Shown piece by piece: positions 63,498 to 64,000 of a stretch of DNA of 64,000 nucleotides (its first letter is position 1; each line of letters starts with the position of its first letter). Made by a program: the position numbers and the translations under genes. Under the pieces are notes generated by a model. The model worked only from the letters and a program-made list of their open reading frames with translations, ran no database searches and had not been told where the DNA came from. The stretch comes from a virus. The DNA lies in the IMG/VR virus record IMGVR_UViG_3300025127_000009, positions 64,001 through 128,000 of that record. One strand, 5' to 3'.

Positions 63498-63785
63498 TGG
63501 TGGAGGTGGCGGGACTCGAACCCGCGTCCAGAATTTCTCAAATAGTACGTCATTCACAAGGTTAGTTAGTTTTAGGCTCTAACAAGCACACGCGACAAAA
63601 GACAAAAAATTTGCAACTTTGGGTTTCAAGGTTGTTGCCACCCCGAGACAATTAAGCAGCGAGTGCGAAGTCGTCTAATTCAACGTCATTATTTGCGTTT
63701 ATATTTTTTGGGTATTTTTACTGTGCCTACCCACACAGCCTTGCACGCAGTATTATCCTCACCCTGTCGAAACCAAGTCACCCCC
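63498..63785 (-). ncRNA. ssrA: tmRNA (288 nt), tag ANNDVELDDFALAA
   Basis: 5' GGGGGTG...TTCGAC; 3' GGTTCGAGTCCC-GCCACCTCCACCA; G3-U70 pair; tag ORF 63652-63696; pk1 CTGTG/CACAG plus GGGTA/TACCC. Confidence 0.95.
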
Positions 63786-63786
63786 T

Positions 63787-64000
63787 TTATTCTCCAATTT
63801 CCACTAGTTCAATTTCAAAATTCAATGGTTGACCGGCCATAGGGTGGTTAAAGTCGATGATAACAGATTCATCACTTACCTCTTCAATAGAACCGCGAAC
63901 TTGATTGCCATTGATCGAACCCTCAACAACTACACCAGTTTCAAACTCAAAATCTTCTGGGAAAGATGTCTTTGGCACTTCTCTAACGGCTTCATCAATT
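63787..64000 (-). CDS. slyD: FKBP-type peptidyl-prolyl isomerase, SlyD/FkpB-like (C-terminal part; 5' end outside window)
   Basis: VIIDFNHPMAGQPLNFEIELVEI. Confidence 0.9.
   Translation of the reverse strand, partial: IDEAVREVPKTSFPEDFEFETGVVVEGSINGNQVRGSIEEVSDESVIIDFNHPMAGQPLNFEIELVEIGE

Noticed and set aside
1-64000. Stop-codon reassignment (recoded phage)
   Set aside because: Recognisable enzymes are full length under code 11, genes ending in TAG/TGA abut the next gene, and there is no suppressor tRNA. The one split gene is a frame change, not an in-frame stop.

Overview
The window looks like a 64-kb segment of a large (jumbo-type) tailed bacteriophage genome. Genes are dense and almost all on the minus strand, and no rRNA, integrase or host housekeeping operon is visible. 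Left part (1-43.9 kb, AT-rich, probably late/structural): baseplate-like and amidase genes, a sigma-factor-like protein, a two-part glycan-modification locus (CysC, sulfotransferase, NeuA/NeuB, formyltransferases, deacetylase, methyltransferases, many GT2/GT4, DegT aminotransferase, CapD/PseB-like dehydratase), PhoH, ClpP, PurA, a ligase-like/HIGH nucleotidyltransferase fusion, and seven diverse proteins sharing an N-terminal 'ENWRKFL-E' leader. A GC-rich hairpin plus a G6-A-G5-A-G7 tract at about 44.0 kb marks a sharp boundary. Right part (44-64 kb, probably early/middle): many small ORFs behind strong sigma70-like promoters, seven of which carry helically phased IHF-like boxes. It also holds a MoxR AAA+/vWA-peptidase pair, a tandem array of 11 small 'KVGDL...EVISE' paralogues joined by an identical 15-nt junction, five U34 tRNAs, UvsE, a compact tmRNA and SlyD. 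All functional calls come from motif recognition by eye; no database search or structure prediction was run.
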